Source of the DNA: Diadema antillarum
Taxonomy: Eukaryota
Reading direction: 5' to 3'
Assembly (NCBI RefSeq): GCF_040938485.1
Contig: NW_027271484.1
Span: 496,001 to 560,000 of the forward strand
DNA length: 64,000 nt
Below are positions 22,901-36,032 of the stretch, piece after piece; the stretch's first letter is position 1, and every line of letters starts with the position of its first letter. The notes beneath the pieces were generated by a model. That model was not told where the DNA came from. It did no database searches and was given only the letters and a program-made list of their open reading frames with translations. The position numbers and the translations under genes are program-made.

Positions 22901-25900
22901 GTGTGAGTATAATGAATTAATGAACTTGTGACTGGCACTGTCTACATCAGCACTTACATTCACATCCATCTCATAGATTGCCCATTGCAGCATACACCCT
23001 TGGCAGATTCATAGTTGTGTAACATATGTAATATTTACTAAATTATGGCATTACATCTACTATGTCCTGCTTGCTAACTTCTTCACTTGATGTTATGGCT
23101 TTGTTTGTATTGAAAATTGAATTGAATGTTACGAGATAAATAATATCAGACAAGTATGTAGAATGTAGAACAATGTTAGAATACTGTCCATACATGCAAA
23201 TTGTGTTACCTTTCTAATATATTATGATGACTGTTGTTGTTGTAAATATGGTTACAAATTATCTGGGAGATTTTGAAATTATGTAGTAAAGTGTGCTGAA
23301 TTGTGTGGTTAGGGTTCAAAGGAAAAAAAGTTGTACTAATCAATGTTTTATTTTTACAGCATCTTGGACTTGATGTAATTCCTGAGAGTAGCGACTATCA
23401 AGAGATGGTGTGCGAAAGCTGCATGAAGCAGTGTGATTTCCTGTGGAAATACAGGGTACACAGCATTGGTAGGTCAATCTGAAATCCAGAAATATAGGCA
23501 AATTTTTCACTTCTCCTGTAAATGGAAAACTCTCTGTTGACTATAAAGCGAGGTATGTCGCTGAATGTGACATTCTCCACCTCAAGGCTGGAAATGCAAT
23601 TTCATCCTGAAGGTGACTGTCAGCCAAGCATTTCAAATGGCAAGGTGGTACATAGTGTACACACTATGATATAGAACTGCCAGGTCTCCTGGATTCTGCA
23701 GGAAGTACTCTGAAAAATGAATTGTATCCTTGCATCCTGACTAAAATAAGGAAGCCTTCCTGCTTTGGGAATTATCATTACTTAAAAGGATGCATTTAAC
23801 ATTCAAGTTTCTTTTTGAAAGCTCTAAGTAGTTTGATAGTTTATGTTGGAAGCCTTGCAAGATAATATATCTACCTTTACCTTATCAAAAATTTAAAGTT
23901 ATGGCAAAAGGTCTAATTGGGCTAAATATGGTGCCTTCTGCTGGTTTTCCTTCTATAGATGTCAAATTATGATTTGATACTTTGTATGGAAGAGAGAACA
24001 GTGCCAAGATACATACTGTACCAAATCTTACTGATATTGTCTTGTATCCATCAGAAACCAGAGTGACCGTAGCAGAGACATCTTCAGATATTGATGTGAC
24101 ATCACACTCACAGGAACAGAACAGATCATGTCAGTCATTCAATGACAATCCAGAGATCAGGGCAGTGAAAGCTGAACCCGCCAGCAATGGACTCTCAACT
24201 TGCACAACTCCGGCAGATGGAACTGGAAATTCTGGTACGCCATGCTTCAACTCAGCCACATCTTGCAGCAACAAACCAGAAGCAACCACACAACAAACTA
24301 CAGAGGCAGTAGTGTCGAGCAGCACTACAGCACTGGAGAAAGCTAATGCCAACGATGCCATTTCCACAGATGTAAAAGACACTGCGTCTCCAACCAACGA
24401 TTCCCTGTTGAATCCTCCATCTGTAATAACACCAGCAGATGGCTCCTCTGAATGCGTATCATCATCAACAGGTTTCTCCACTGAAATTACACAAAAATCC
24501 ACAGCAGCAAGGACTGTCTTTGCCAGCAAAGAGTTGGGCAGGGAGTGTGAAGTGACATCTTGCGCTGTCAGCGTGAGTGATATGCCAGCTGTGAACGCCA
24601 CTAATCAGACGCTAGCTCCGAAGACAGAAGCAATTCCAGCGACTAGCATCGCCTCCACATCGCAGGCTGATATGTCTTTGTCCAGTAGGCCGTCCTCTGA
24701 GCAGAAAGATGTGGGACATTCCTCTCAGAGGGACCAACAGTTTACATCGGCATCCAAAGGAAATGGCCAGTCAATGAAAGAGGATTTAACCCCTGATGCC
24801 CTGGCCGATGAAGAAAAGGGAACTAGGCTCTGTCAACTGACTGAGCTGAGCATGAGGGACATTTTGAAGAGCAAAGGAGCAGTTTTCTGGCCACTGGGAT
24901 GGAGGAGAAACTTTGTTCCTGTGATGAATGTCAGGTAGGTCGATACCATACAGTAAAACTTAAATAAACCTGAGGCAACAGTACTAGAAATCTAACTTTT
25001 TCACATTTCTTTTACTTTTAAACTCTCTGCACATGATACCAGTCTGTCTGAGGCATACCGGTACTTATAATTTCCTGAGCTGTGAGTAGAACTTTGTGTG
25101 CACTTTGCCAGAAATGTGACCTCCGATTAAGGGGTTAAAATTAAATATGAATTTCACAAGTGATTGGCTTTATATTTTCCTTAAATGGCTTGTTCCTTGC
25201 TCACAGTGCTACAAAATTTTAAACTGTGATCTAGATGCAGTGGTGAACAAACAAATGTGAAACTTTGAGCACTTGAATTCTCTTAATCCCCCCCCCCCCC
25301 CCCTTGTCATCTTCAGGCCATGTATGCAAGGCTAGGGGTGGCATTCCTGCAAGACGGTGGTGACACGGTGGTGGCGTACGAGGAGCGAGGGAAGGTCAAG
25401 CGCAAGGGGTCACAGTACGACCAGGGAATGGAGGCACTCTCCAGCATGAACCGTGTCCAGCAAGTGGAAATGCTTCATGGTAAGGCAGAATGTGACCATC
25501 GTGCTCATTGATCTGCCGCAGAATGTTTCAGTTTGACAAACGGAGCTGGCCAATGTGAAGTGGTGGTAGTTCTGTATATATCAGTTGAGTTGAATGTAGG
25601 TGACATATGAATCATTTGAGCTCATATATGATAAAAAGCTTTATCAGATAGCCCAATATTTTTGATAATTTAATGTTTTCATATTGTCTTTCTTGCCAGA
25701 AGGTTTTATTCTTACTTAATTTCTTGTGGCGAAGCAATACCTAGAGATCTTAGGGGCTGAAAGCAACGTTGAAATGGACTTCAGTTCTTATAGTATGATC
25801 ACTTCATCTCTTTGAAAGGTTACCAAGATATGAAATCAGCCTTGAGTGACTTCCTGAAGGGCTTTGTTGAGCAAGGAAAGGTAAGCCAGTCTAAGTCAGC

Positions 25901-26993
25901 TCATCATACCGAGTTCATCATGTAAGATATGGAAGGTCACGGACATCAAAACCGTGGCATCAGGAGAGAAGAGTCATAGAAAGTCCCAAAAGCTCAGCTT
26001 CTTGTTTGTACTCTGCCAATTCCTAGAAACCACATTTCTGTGGTCTCATGCTTTATCTGTTTATAGTAATATTTGATATTCATTGGTAGCATTTTGCAAG
26101 TAAGAGTTTAGAACAAAAATACTCTATGATTTGAGTCCTTTGTTGTTCACATTAGAATTTTATTTCTGTTTCAGATTTTCTTAAGCCTTTTTTTTTTTTT
26201 TTTTTTGCAAAACGTAGTTATTACTGATTCTTATATCGGCATTTTTCGAAATATTTTACTGTCTGGTTTTATGCAACTTTAAGGAATTGTCCTGTTCCTG
26301 CTAACCTGTCTTTTAATGTAAGATGTGCAGTAAAATGTGTTGGTGCCATTTTGATTATGACAAGACGAGGATTTCTGCATAGATTTGACAAGGTAAAGTC
26401 TATTCATTACAAGACAAGGGAAAAGTGAAACTTTCAGCATTAGAACAATTTGTTACAAGTCACAGAATATTCAACAATTTGGAAGTACTGAATGATCATA
26501 ATGTGATTATTTTATGTGTCTAAAACTGCATTAGAGCTGACAACCATATCGGTATGGTATTACAGGCAATGGAAAATTTTACAGTGTATTTGGAACTTGT
26601 TACAAAGGATATACTAGGAAACCTATTTTTTCCGTCCAAATCATAAAACAAGGCATCATTTGCTGCCCATGTACCAATACTGTCAGACTAAAAACTCCCT
26701 CAAAATCCAAAATTGATATTTATAAACTAAATTTCAAGAATATCCTTTTCATGGGAGAGAATTCATCATAATGGTTCCGTAAGCCCACAGACTTGTCGAT
26801 GTTGTTCAGCGCACTTAGCCATCAATTTGTTGTAGCTCTGCGGGGAAACGTAACCAGGCTCTTAACTTTTGTTCTTTCCTTTTGCCTCGTGCAGGTTGTG
26901 ACAGCCACTGATATTCAAGATTTCTACCAGGGACTTACCAGGAAGAGACAGAGGGTTGGATCAGCAGGAACTGTCCAGTATCTCTGCAAGTAG
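19936..26993 (+). CDS. UBR7: UBR7 (UBR-box plus PHD-like E3 ligase/histone chaperone), about 594 aa, 10 exons, apparent 1-nt deletion near 24905
   Basis: Exons 19936-20061, 21190-21323, 21601-21661, 21959-22054, 22849-22902, 23360-23468, 24055-24934, 25317-25479, 25819-25880 and 26895-26993. Motifs: GYVKRQALYAC, CLACSYECHDGH..ELYTKRNFRCDCGN, GLYCTCHRPYPD, EMIQCVICEDWFH, FWPLGWR, MNRVQQVE, RKRQR..QYLCK*. Confidence 0.95.
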
Positions 26994-29763
26994 AGGAGCA
27001 AGTCTTGGCCAAAAGTACCATTTTCAGCTCTACTTTTTGAATCAGCTGAGTAAACTTTGCCATCATGTCTACACCCTAATTACCTTTCAGCGAGGGCAGT
27101 GGCTGCCGAGAGCACATTTGAAGTCTGAAACAATCACTAATCAAGCATTTCAGGGTTTCCTGCATAAAGTTGCTGTGAAAATGACTCATCATTGAATAAA
27201 GACATTGCCTTTTGTAAGCATTTCACAAGCAGCAGGAAGGTGCAAATGGTACTAGTGTATTTAAATGTAGGTCAGATCCCTGTGTTTGAAGCTTTTGTTA
27301 CTGTCAGACATATTTCAGTTCACTTTTCTATCTTGCTGAGAAATTGTGAGAAATTTTTTAATGGTGATTCGAGTTACCTGTACATTCCTGTCACTGTTGC
27401 AACTGCGAAGGATTTTGGTTGTTGTCTAAAAAAACAGAAAGCGTCTTCTGATATGATTCCAAGTGTTTGGTACTTTGTATGCATGGGCGGCAATTTAAGT
27501 TGCCATCGTGATCTTGAATACCGGTATTGTGATGTCCCCTCTGCTGTTTCATTAACCTGTGGTTGTCCACAAAACTCCACCCAATAGTAACCTGTTCTTT
27601 ATGGAAAACTGGTTTACTAGGTTCCTGTGTCATCGACTCATATACGGGAACATGGTATAGACAAGGTTCTGAGGGGGGACATGTCATGTCCCGTGATAGG
27701 CAGGTGGCGCGTATTGTGAGCTAGAGCTATGCGCTTAATACACATGCGATTTGTTTTTGCCCCCTGGGCAATACATCATTTGATGTAATGGAACCTTGTC
27801 TGTATATCAGGTTACCAAAATGTAGACAAGAGTGCATTCATTGCCTAAATTCATGTTTATTTGTGTTATACTGACCAGAAAAATGACTTTGATAAAATAG
27901 AGTTTCGTCTGTCAATATCTGTTCTCTTTCACTATCAAAACTGCATGTATTTTTGTCTAATTTTCCTTTATCCAATGTAGTAGTGCACTTATTTTGCTAT
28001 AAAACTTGTATGAATACATACATAGACATCAATTTAAGACTGAGCTCAGTACATTTTGACTTTCACTGACCCCATTTAGGTGCCCTCAGTGTAGAACAAT
28101 AGAGTTTGCAAGCCTATCAGTGCATGCTTTATTCATATTTTACGTCAGATCAATATTCTACATTGTTCCATGGTGCATGCAGTTGACCATGGAAAGCAAA
28201 CATGTACTGCTTTTGGATTACCAACCTGTCCATTCTTTGTTGACGGGCAAAAAGAATCTTGTTTTGGGGGCACTGAAGGCACTCAGAAAATTGCAAGAGA
28301 AACAGGTTAAGATTCTACAGTTTAGTGGACAATCATTAAAGTACATAAAAATTGTTAAAGTAAGAAGTGTTCATAGGCAAATCTATTTTTTTGCTGGGGG
28401 GGTTGACCCAATGACAATTCTTTTGACTATTTAACTACGTTGGGCAGAGTCCAATACAGGGTGCTGGAAACATAGTGTGGGGGTCTTGACCCATGATGGC
28501 ATTTTTCTATGCAAATCACATTTTCACCTGTCAGCCCAAGAGATCCGCCACTGGTGTTGAAGTTGTCTTTGTCATGGTTGATAGAATTGAAGACATGTAT
28601 TTATATTTGTGGGTTTGTTTGTTTTGTTTTTTCTTCTATCATGGCCCCGTAATGATGTATAGTGCACTTATGCTGTTTCTTCACAATTTCAACATTTTTT
28701 CTTAATGGGGTTACTTTCATTTTTATATGGTTATGATGAGAACTCTAATGTTGCATGTGACTTGTCATCACAGAAGCCTTAAACAGAACTTTGCTAATCA
28801 TCCATTTCCTATTTTTTTTTAAATGTTGGTATGTATTGCACGTTTTCACAACTAAAAATATAAACAGGAGCCAATGAAAATACCAGACTTTCATTTAAAA
28901 AACAAACAAACAAACAAACGTCCAATTCGTGTTTCACTTCAATGATTACCTGATTTTGCAGCAATTACTGCTGTAGAATTTGTGATCTCGTTAGGGTAAT
29001 GTGGCAATTGGTCATGTACAAACCATGGCAAACCATGCTTGTTTTACTTGTGCATCAAAGTCTTGAGTACACAGCAATACAGTACAGTATAAAATCATCG
29101 CTGGGGCAACGTATCTAAAAAAATGTCATATGTTCAGGAGAGAGAGAGAGAAAAAAAAAAGGCAGCCACAGCACTATATCAAATGGGATAGCCTTTCCTT
29201 TGACATGCCATGGTGGCTTCGTTTGTGGGGTAGGATTTGGACAGGACATTACTTACCCGATTATCTGACCATTAATCTATAAAAGTCATTTTCACCAAAA
29301 TTTGAGATACGAGGTCTTGTCGCCCCAGCGACGATATATGTATGCATATATACAGACAGCTGTATATGCAAACTACAGACCCCCCCCCCCCTGCACACTT
29401 GTATTAGGTTTTCTTTGTGGTTCATAATACCACCACAACCATCCATTATATCTATTCCTTGCCTTTATATACTGTATTCCATTTTGTTTGCCGGTGCACG
29501 CGATCTGTACAATTGAACCAAACAAAATGGTGAGCATTTTAGCAAATGAAACTTCAAGCTTTTAATCACTTTTTGTGCTCTTCTAGTTACACAGAATAAA
29601 CAGTCAAGCCATAAAAATGCATCATATGATATGCACATTTATTTATTATCTTGGTGTCTTTTCGTCTCTTCTCCTTTGATACTCTGTGTGATTTTTGTTC
29701 TTTTCTTTTTTACTTTTATCCTTGCTGGTTGGTTTCAGATGAATGTAAAGGTTGCTGGTTATA

Positions 29764-30968
29764 ATTGTATCTCCCGAACAGAGTTCGGAGGATACTATGG
29801 ATTTGGCCTTGTTGCGCCGCCGCGTCCGCGTCCATGTCCACCGCAGAGATTTTCTTGTGAGTGCTCTACTAGCTGCAGTTCTTCTTAAATCATCTTCAAA
29901 TTTGGCATGAAGGTGTATTATGGTAAAACGAAGACGCCTTTGTTTTTGGTGATGGCGCCCTGGCTTGTTTCGTCTTTATACATGAAAAGGTAAATTTAAC
30001 AGGGTCTGCTTGTGTGGGCGACGCTGGCCTTGTTTCTTGACTGATTTTTTTTTCAAATTTGGTATGTAAATGTATCATAGTCAAATCTATACACCTATAC
30101 CTATTGATAATGCTGCCCTCACTGTTCCACCTTTTACAGGGTCAAAGGTCACCCTGATCATATCAAAATTTGCAAAAATGCTTATTTATGCAGTAACTTG
30201 AATGTTATTCACTGGGTTTTACTCAGACTTGCTAAGGAGGTGTATGGGTGGTCATTCTACATGAAGGACACAACAGTTTGTGGTGACGGCGCCCTCAGTG
30301 TTCCGACTTGGAGGCCATGTCACATTTCTTGTATATGCTCTATAAGCCTCATTTCTTGTCGGATTTTATTCAAACTTGCTATGGAGGTTTGTGGGGGGTT
30401 ATTCTAGGTAACAAAAGTTTCCATTGACAGCGCCCTCATTATTCCAACTTTTAAGGATTCCATGTCATATTTCTTGTATGTGCTATACTACATGTAACCT
30501 CATTTCTCATGGGATTTTATTCAGACTTGCTAAGGATCGGTGAACGGATGGTCATTCTACATACATGTAGGACACAACAGTTTGTGGTGGTGTTGCCCTC
30601 AGTGCTCCATCTTGGATGCCAGTCACATTTCTTGCGCATGCTCTATCAGCCACATTTCTTGTCGGATTTTATTCGAACTTGCTATTGAGGTCTATGGGAA
30701 GTTATTCTAGGTAACAAAAGTTTTCATTGCCAGCGCTCTCATTGTTCAAACTTTTATAGGATGACATGTCATATTCTATGTATGTGCTACATACTAGCCT
30801 CATTTCTCAACGGATTTTATTGTATCCTGCGACATTTGCCATATTATACAACATTCTGGCCTAAAAAGTAATCCAGATGGGGTATGGGATACGGGTTTGG
30901 GGGATACATGTGCTTGAACGGGTCTCCTGTGCAAGTGCTCTAATTCTCCCTTTGGTCTTCAACTGTTT
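29764..30968 (-). mobile_element. Helentron/HINE-like element, family C, with alternating ~150-bp internal repeats
   Basis: Terminal hairpin GTATCTCCCGAACAGAGTTCGGAGGATAC at 29767, GC-rich microsatellite after it, and matching subterminal GGGGATAC near 30900. Repeat anchors ttttaytcrracttgcta at about 30218, 30364, 30515 and 30667. Confidence 0.65.
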
Positions 30969-33460
30969 GTCAGCATTCTAATCTATGGATGTACAACATA
31001 TTATTGTCAAGTGTGATATGAAGGCAAAATGTTTTTGAAGCAGATTGTGCACATTTTGAATGAGAGTACATGTACATGTTGGAAGCTGCATGTTATGTGA
31101 ACACATACACACATCCATGAACACAAGTCCACATAGTGCTGTCAATTGACAACAAGTAGACCTTTACACAAGTAGCAGTTTTTCTATTTCATGACTAAGT
31201 TCAAGCTCATTTTGGTAAGAAAGTTGCTAAATGTTTGTGCAAAAGTCACTGCACTGATGTATGTCCAATATGGATATACAACCATAGCATTACACTCAAG
31301 AGCTTTATCAAATTTTGTTGCATTTGCTGAATACATGTATTTGCTTTTACCATTTTCTTCCCCAAGAAGTTAACTCTTTTTACTTGTATCAAAGTTAAGA
31401 ATAGTGAAAGGCACCAGTGGTAACTACCAATCCGAGCTGCTATCTTTATCTGCTGTGGCACAATGCTAAAATATACTTGTTTTCATGGATTAAGCACACA
31501 CAAACTTTGACATTTTCTCACTTTGAAAAAAAGTGCGCCGTATACATGTGCAGGAGAAAATGCAGTATTCTTGCAAGCAGTTGTTTGTACTGTACATGCA
31601 GTGAGGAATTAGGAATAAAAGGAGAGAAAAAGAAAAGACATAAAACAAGTCACACTCGCAACACATTGCTAAGTAATCTCAAGCATTACCTCCTATGTTA
31701 TGTAAGAACCAGGTACAAAATGGTATAATGTAATGTGTTCTGCACAATACCACAAGATGTGTAAGAAACATCACAATGTGTATCACTCTGAAATGGATTT
31801 CATTGTAAAATGAGTATGCTATCCAGAAGAGAAAAACAAAGGAATGGCAGGAACATTTCGTGTTTTATTCAAGTTGAATGCAAGCTCACACATCCCTGCT
31901 TTTGCCACTTGTGTACAGGAAATGGGACTTATGTCATGTGCTGTTTGTGTTGATTACTTAGTAGTAATTCACACGGCAAAGATTTATGTGAATAAAGCAA
32001 AGAGCAATGCAACACAATGTACTTTTCAGCAATGTGTTTATTACTTTCATATACTGTTTTCTCTATTCAAGAAACTTTACAAAATGTCTACATGTGATTT
32101 CTCTATGCAGTACACGGGTTGATGACCAAGCCAATAGTTGGTCGACCTCACACAAATCAGCCACTTCTACAGCTTTATCAAGAGAGAAATAGGCTACGAC
32201 CTACTCTGTAAAACAAAAAACTACAAAAATGAAATAAAAGGTTTCTATTTGCACATACCACTGATTGAAATTTATCAATACAGGTCATTATGTCAACATA
32301 CTTTCATCATTCCCATAGATTCCACTCATGCAAGACTGAATATTTTATTTAGTTGTACATGTATTTGATAATGGATGTGAGGTTATCAATACTTGTACAG
32401 GTACATATGTAAAATCTTCTACGTGCAAACATTTGCCTTTTTTTCTCTCTCTCTTCTCTGTTTTTATTGGAATAAGGATGACTTCTTTATTCTCTCAGCA
32501 CGCATTGCTCCAACACACGTGACCCCAATTCAAATACACTTGTAACTAGACACTGCCAAGTTAAGTACCCTCCTGAAAACTGTAGTGGTCTTTGAGGAAG
32601 AAACAATATACACGTATTGTGCATTTATAGCACCAAGCAAAGTACATCCATGCTGACACTATTTTGACAGACACCCACTTTAAACATCAGTGAGAATAAC
32701 AGAGTCAGCATCACTCTCTGTTGGCTTTCAGAGAGTATTTTCATACTCTCTCATCTATATCCCATGAACAGCAATGTCATGATCAGCAATTAAAACACTA
32801 AACTTCCTGAACTCAAATGTGGTTTTACACTGGCTTGTCTTTGGACAGGATAAATCATCTCTGGAAATATAATCCAAACACTTAGCCAAACTTGCACATA
32901 AACAATACATGTACAGAGAAAATGATAATTTCAATGATTTAGAAGAAAACAAAAACAAACAATATATATACATCAACCAACTCATAGTGTATAATACTAT
33001 CAGAAATGAAAGCACAGTTAATAGATGTGATTTTCTTCTAGCTGCAATAATGATCTCAAGGAAATGTGGCACAGTTCAGTAAAAGTAAAATAACAGTACA
33101 TGTACAATGTATATGGAGGTTTTGTTCTTTTGATAGTGAATCCAAAATACCTGTCCATAAAATAGTTAACCTTATCCATAAGAAATCCGAGAGATTTTTC
33201 TTTGATATATTTTCTGTATCACAATTTAATTCTCCTATTTCAAAAAGCAAATTGGCATTTGCATCTTATAAAATACTGATTCATTCTCAATTCTTATCAC
33301 TTTGCTTCAAAATATCCATACCAAACATCTGTGAAAAAAAAAAAAATATACTCAGTAGATATTTTGCCCACTTGTTCTCTTTCATGCCAACTTTGAATCA
33401 GTGAAGCTGTGAATTAATGTGATCCCTGATACAATGTATATTCCATTCACAGTACATGTA

Positions 33461-33898
33461 GTCTTTTGTCAAGGCCCTCCCGCTGTAACAGGCGAATGAA
33501 GCAAGCCCAGCTGAGTGCGACAGCACGAGGTCCTTTTGAGATCTGCTTCACACATTATTATTCAAGACACATGAACCCTACTGAATAGTCATATTGAGGA
33601 TTCCGATCGACCAATGAAATGGCACGCTCCCCACATCCTTCATCGTGGCGTTGTCTGGCTTGTTCACATGCTTCACTGCACACCAGTGGAGGTCTGTGGC
33701 ATGCATTCGCCGTATGCAAATCAGGCTCGGGCAGACAGACACGCAAATTAGTCAACTTTTGCTCCCGAAATTGGGGAGCAAAAGTCGGCAATTCAAAGGG
33801 CTAACAAAAGGATGCAAAGCAGATCGCAAAAGGCCCTCGCGCAACGCCACTTGGCTAGGTTCTCTTCACCATACAACGAGAGGGCCTTGACAAAAGGC
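33461..33898. mobile_element. 438-bp TA-flanked MITE
   Basis: TIR G(T/C)CTTTTGTCAAGGCCCTC(C/T)CG(C/T)TGTA at both ends, with TA on both flanks. Confidence 0.75.
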
Positions 33899-34149
33899 TA
33901 CAGTACATGGGGTTTGGATAATCATGTACCCTCCAGTTCACTTCTTGTGGATATGACCATGAACTGCATCCAAAAGCTTTGAGGTACATTGGAATGCACC
34001 AGTAAATTTTATGGAAGGCAAGTGAAACAAAAAGATTAGAAAAAACAAACAAACAAAAACACAGCATGGTGATGCTATTGAAGAGACCTATGACACCCAA
34101 AATCTGCAGATATTTTTCCTTTGGGAACCACTCACAAGAAAGCAAGAAA

Positions 34150-34338
34150 TACTGTGGACTCCCATTATAATGAAGACCTCAGGACCGGCAGTTTTCTTTT
34201 GTTATATCAAATTTCATTATAACCAAACAAATAAACAATAAAAATACATAGAACCGATAATGTTCCGGCCCGAATTTTCATTTTGTTGTAACCGGAATTT
34301 CGTTATAACTATGTTCATTACAACAGGAGTGCACTGTA
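34150..34338. mobile_element. Tc1/mariner-type MITE, copy 1
   Basis: TAC(T)GTGGACTCCCATTATAA...ACAACAGGAGTGCACTGTA. An inverted second copy lies at 40493-40685. Confidence 0.65.
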
Positions 34339-35256
34339 TGTCTTCTTTTTTCCATCACTGTTGAATTTCAGTTTGTTCCCCTTCATTCAAATGTGGAATG
34401 ATCATATCATGCAATCTTCTGCTGGAATGTGGGATTTGCTCCTACTTGTCAAAACACATAAAACATACCAATTTTCACTACATTGTACTCCTATCAGGAA
34501 AACAAACATAAAGGTCTAACATTTCGACAAATGATACAAAAAAGTGTCTCAATTAACGGGTAAATTCTGTCCTGAGGAAGCTAAGTTTTGCATTTCTGCT
34601 GATACCTAGTACACTGTGTATTTTCTCTCAGTGTACACCACCACCTAGTGAAGTTTCTATCATTTCTAACAAACACATCATCCACATGGTAAACTTTTGT
34701 CTGGCTTCACTTTCCCTTTCTATGAAGTACAAGCAAAAATTAGCACTAAAGTACATTGGTAAACGTCAGAGCATAATACAAATACATTGTATCACCATCT
34801 TTTTTGAGTTTGTGTGCATTTGTTGTGTTTATGCCATGACAAAATGAAATGTTGATCATGTGGAATGTACAGACAGCATGAAGACATGAGCTCAATGCAT
34901 ATCAAAGGGAACGTAAAATCTGTGGAATGTTGGCATGATTGAAAGCATTTGCTTGCATTTGAAAGAAAGAAAAAGAAGAAGGAATGAATGAGAAAAAAAA
35001 ACATGACGAAAACAGACTTACACTCAAGCATGGCAGAATTTTTTTACATGGACATGCATATAGATGGCAAGGGCTATAGATACAAACAACATTTGTATGT
35101 CATTTCTGCTTGTATTCAAAGGTTTACTATCATAAAGAGCATTTAAATTTGTTACTGTTCTCAAGAACTGCTGATACAAATATCAAATGTTGATGGAGAT
35201 TCACATTCTTAAAAGCTCATCCACATTCAACAATCTCATTGAAAGCAAAAATCACA

Positions 35257-35555
35257 CAATCTTGGAGCTGCATGCGTACTTGGCCATTTCAGTCATTATT
35301 GTGTTTGATTGACATCTTAGCTTTTCCTTTATAATAATGATTACAAGAAACATAAGACATAAGACTACACTGAATCAACACACAAAAAAAGGGACAGAAC
35401 AATCTTGGAGCTGCATGCATACTTGGCCATTTCAGTCATCATTATGTCTTGATTGACATCTTAACTTTTCCTTTATGATAATAATTCATTAAAAAATCAC
35501 AAAAAGAGAAATGCATAAGACTACATTGAATCAACACAAACAAAGGTCAGAACAA
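35257..35555. repeat. Diverged tandem duplication, 2 x ~143 bp, downstream of the SETD3 stop
   Basis: CAATCTTGGAGCTGCATGC..ACTTGGCCATTTCAGTCAT starts at 35257 and at 35400. Confidence 0.8.
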
Positions 35556-36032
35556 CACAGGAAACATTAACATTTTGCACAGTATCTAACTGTCTGGTGA
35601 AAAGGTGTCACTTTACACTACAAAACTATTTGGTGATGATTTTTTTTCTTCCGCTGGTTTTATTCTCCAAAAACATATGTCATTACTTTAATTATAATCA
35701 ACATATTAAATTGATAGCCCAGTGTCCAGGTGCACAAGAGATTTTGCATGCTTTGCAGATTAATGTACAATGTACCCCAACTACAAATGGTGAATTTTTG
35801 GGTGTCTTGCAGATAGAAAGACATGAGCTATGAAATATATTTTCATCCATGCATCTACTTTGACAGAAAAAAAAAAACCAACCTCATGACAGTTTTCAAC
35901 ATCACACCAAAAGAAAGAAAAAAAGGTCAATCAGTCATCTGTGCACCATGATCCTAATGCATTTATATATGATATAGTAATGCTCTTTGTCATATCAATA
36001 TGATACATCAATAGATACAAATACTCTTCTGC

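Noticed and set aside
24131-24601. 156-aa antisense ORF
   Set aside because: Shadow of the low-complexity UBR7 exon 7, with no recognisable motif.
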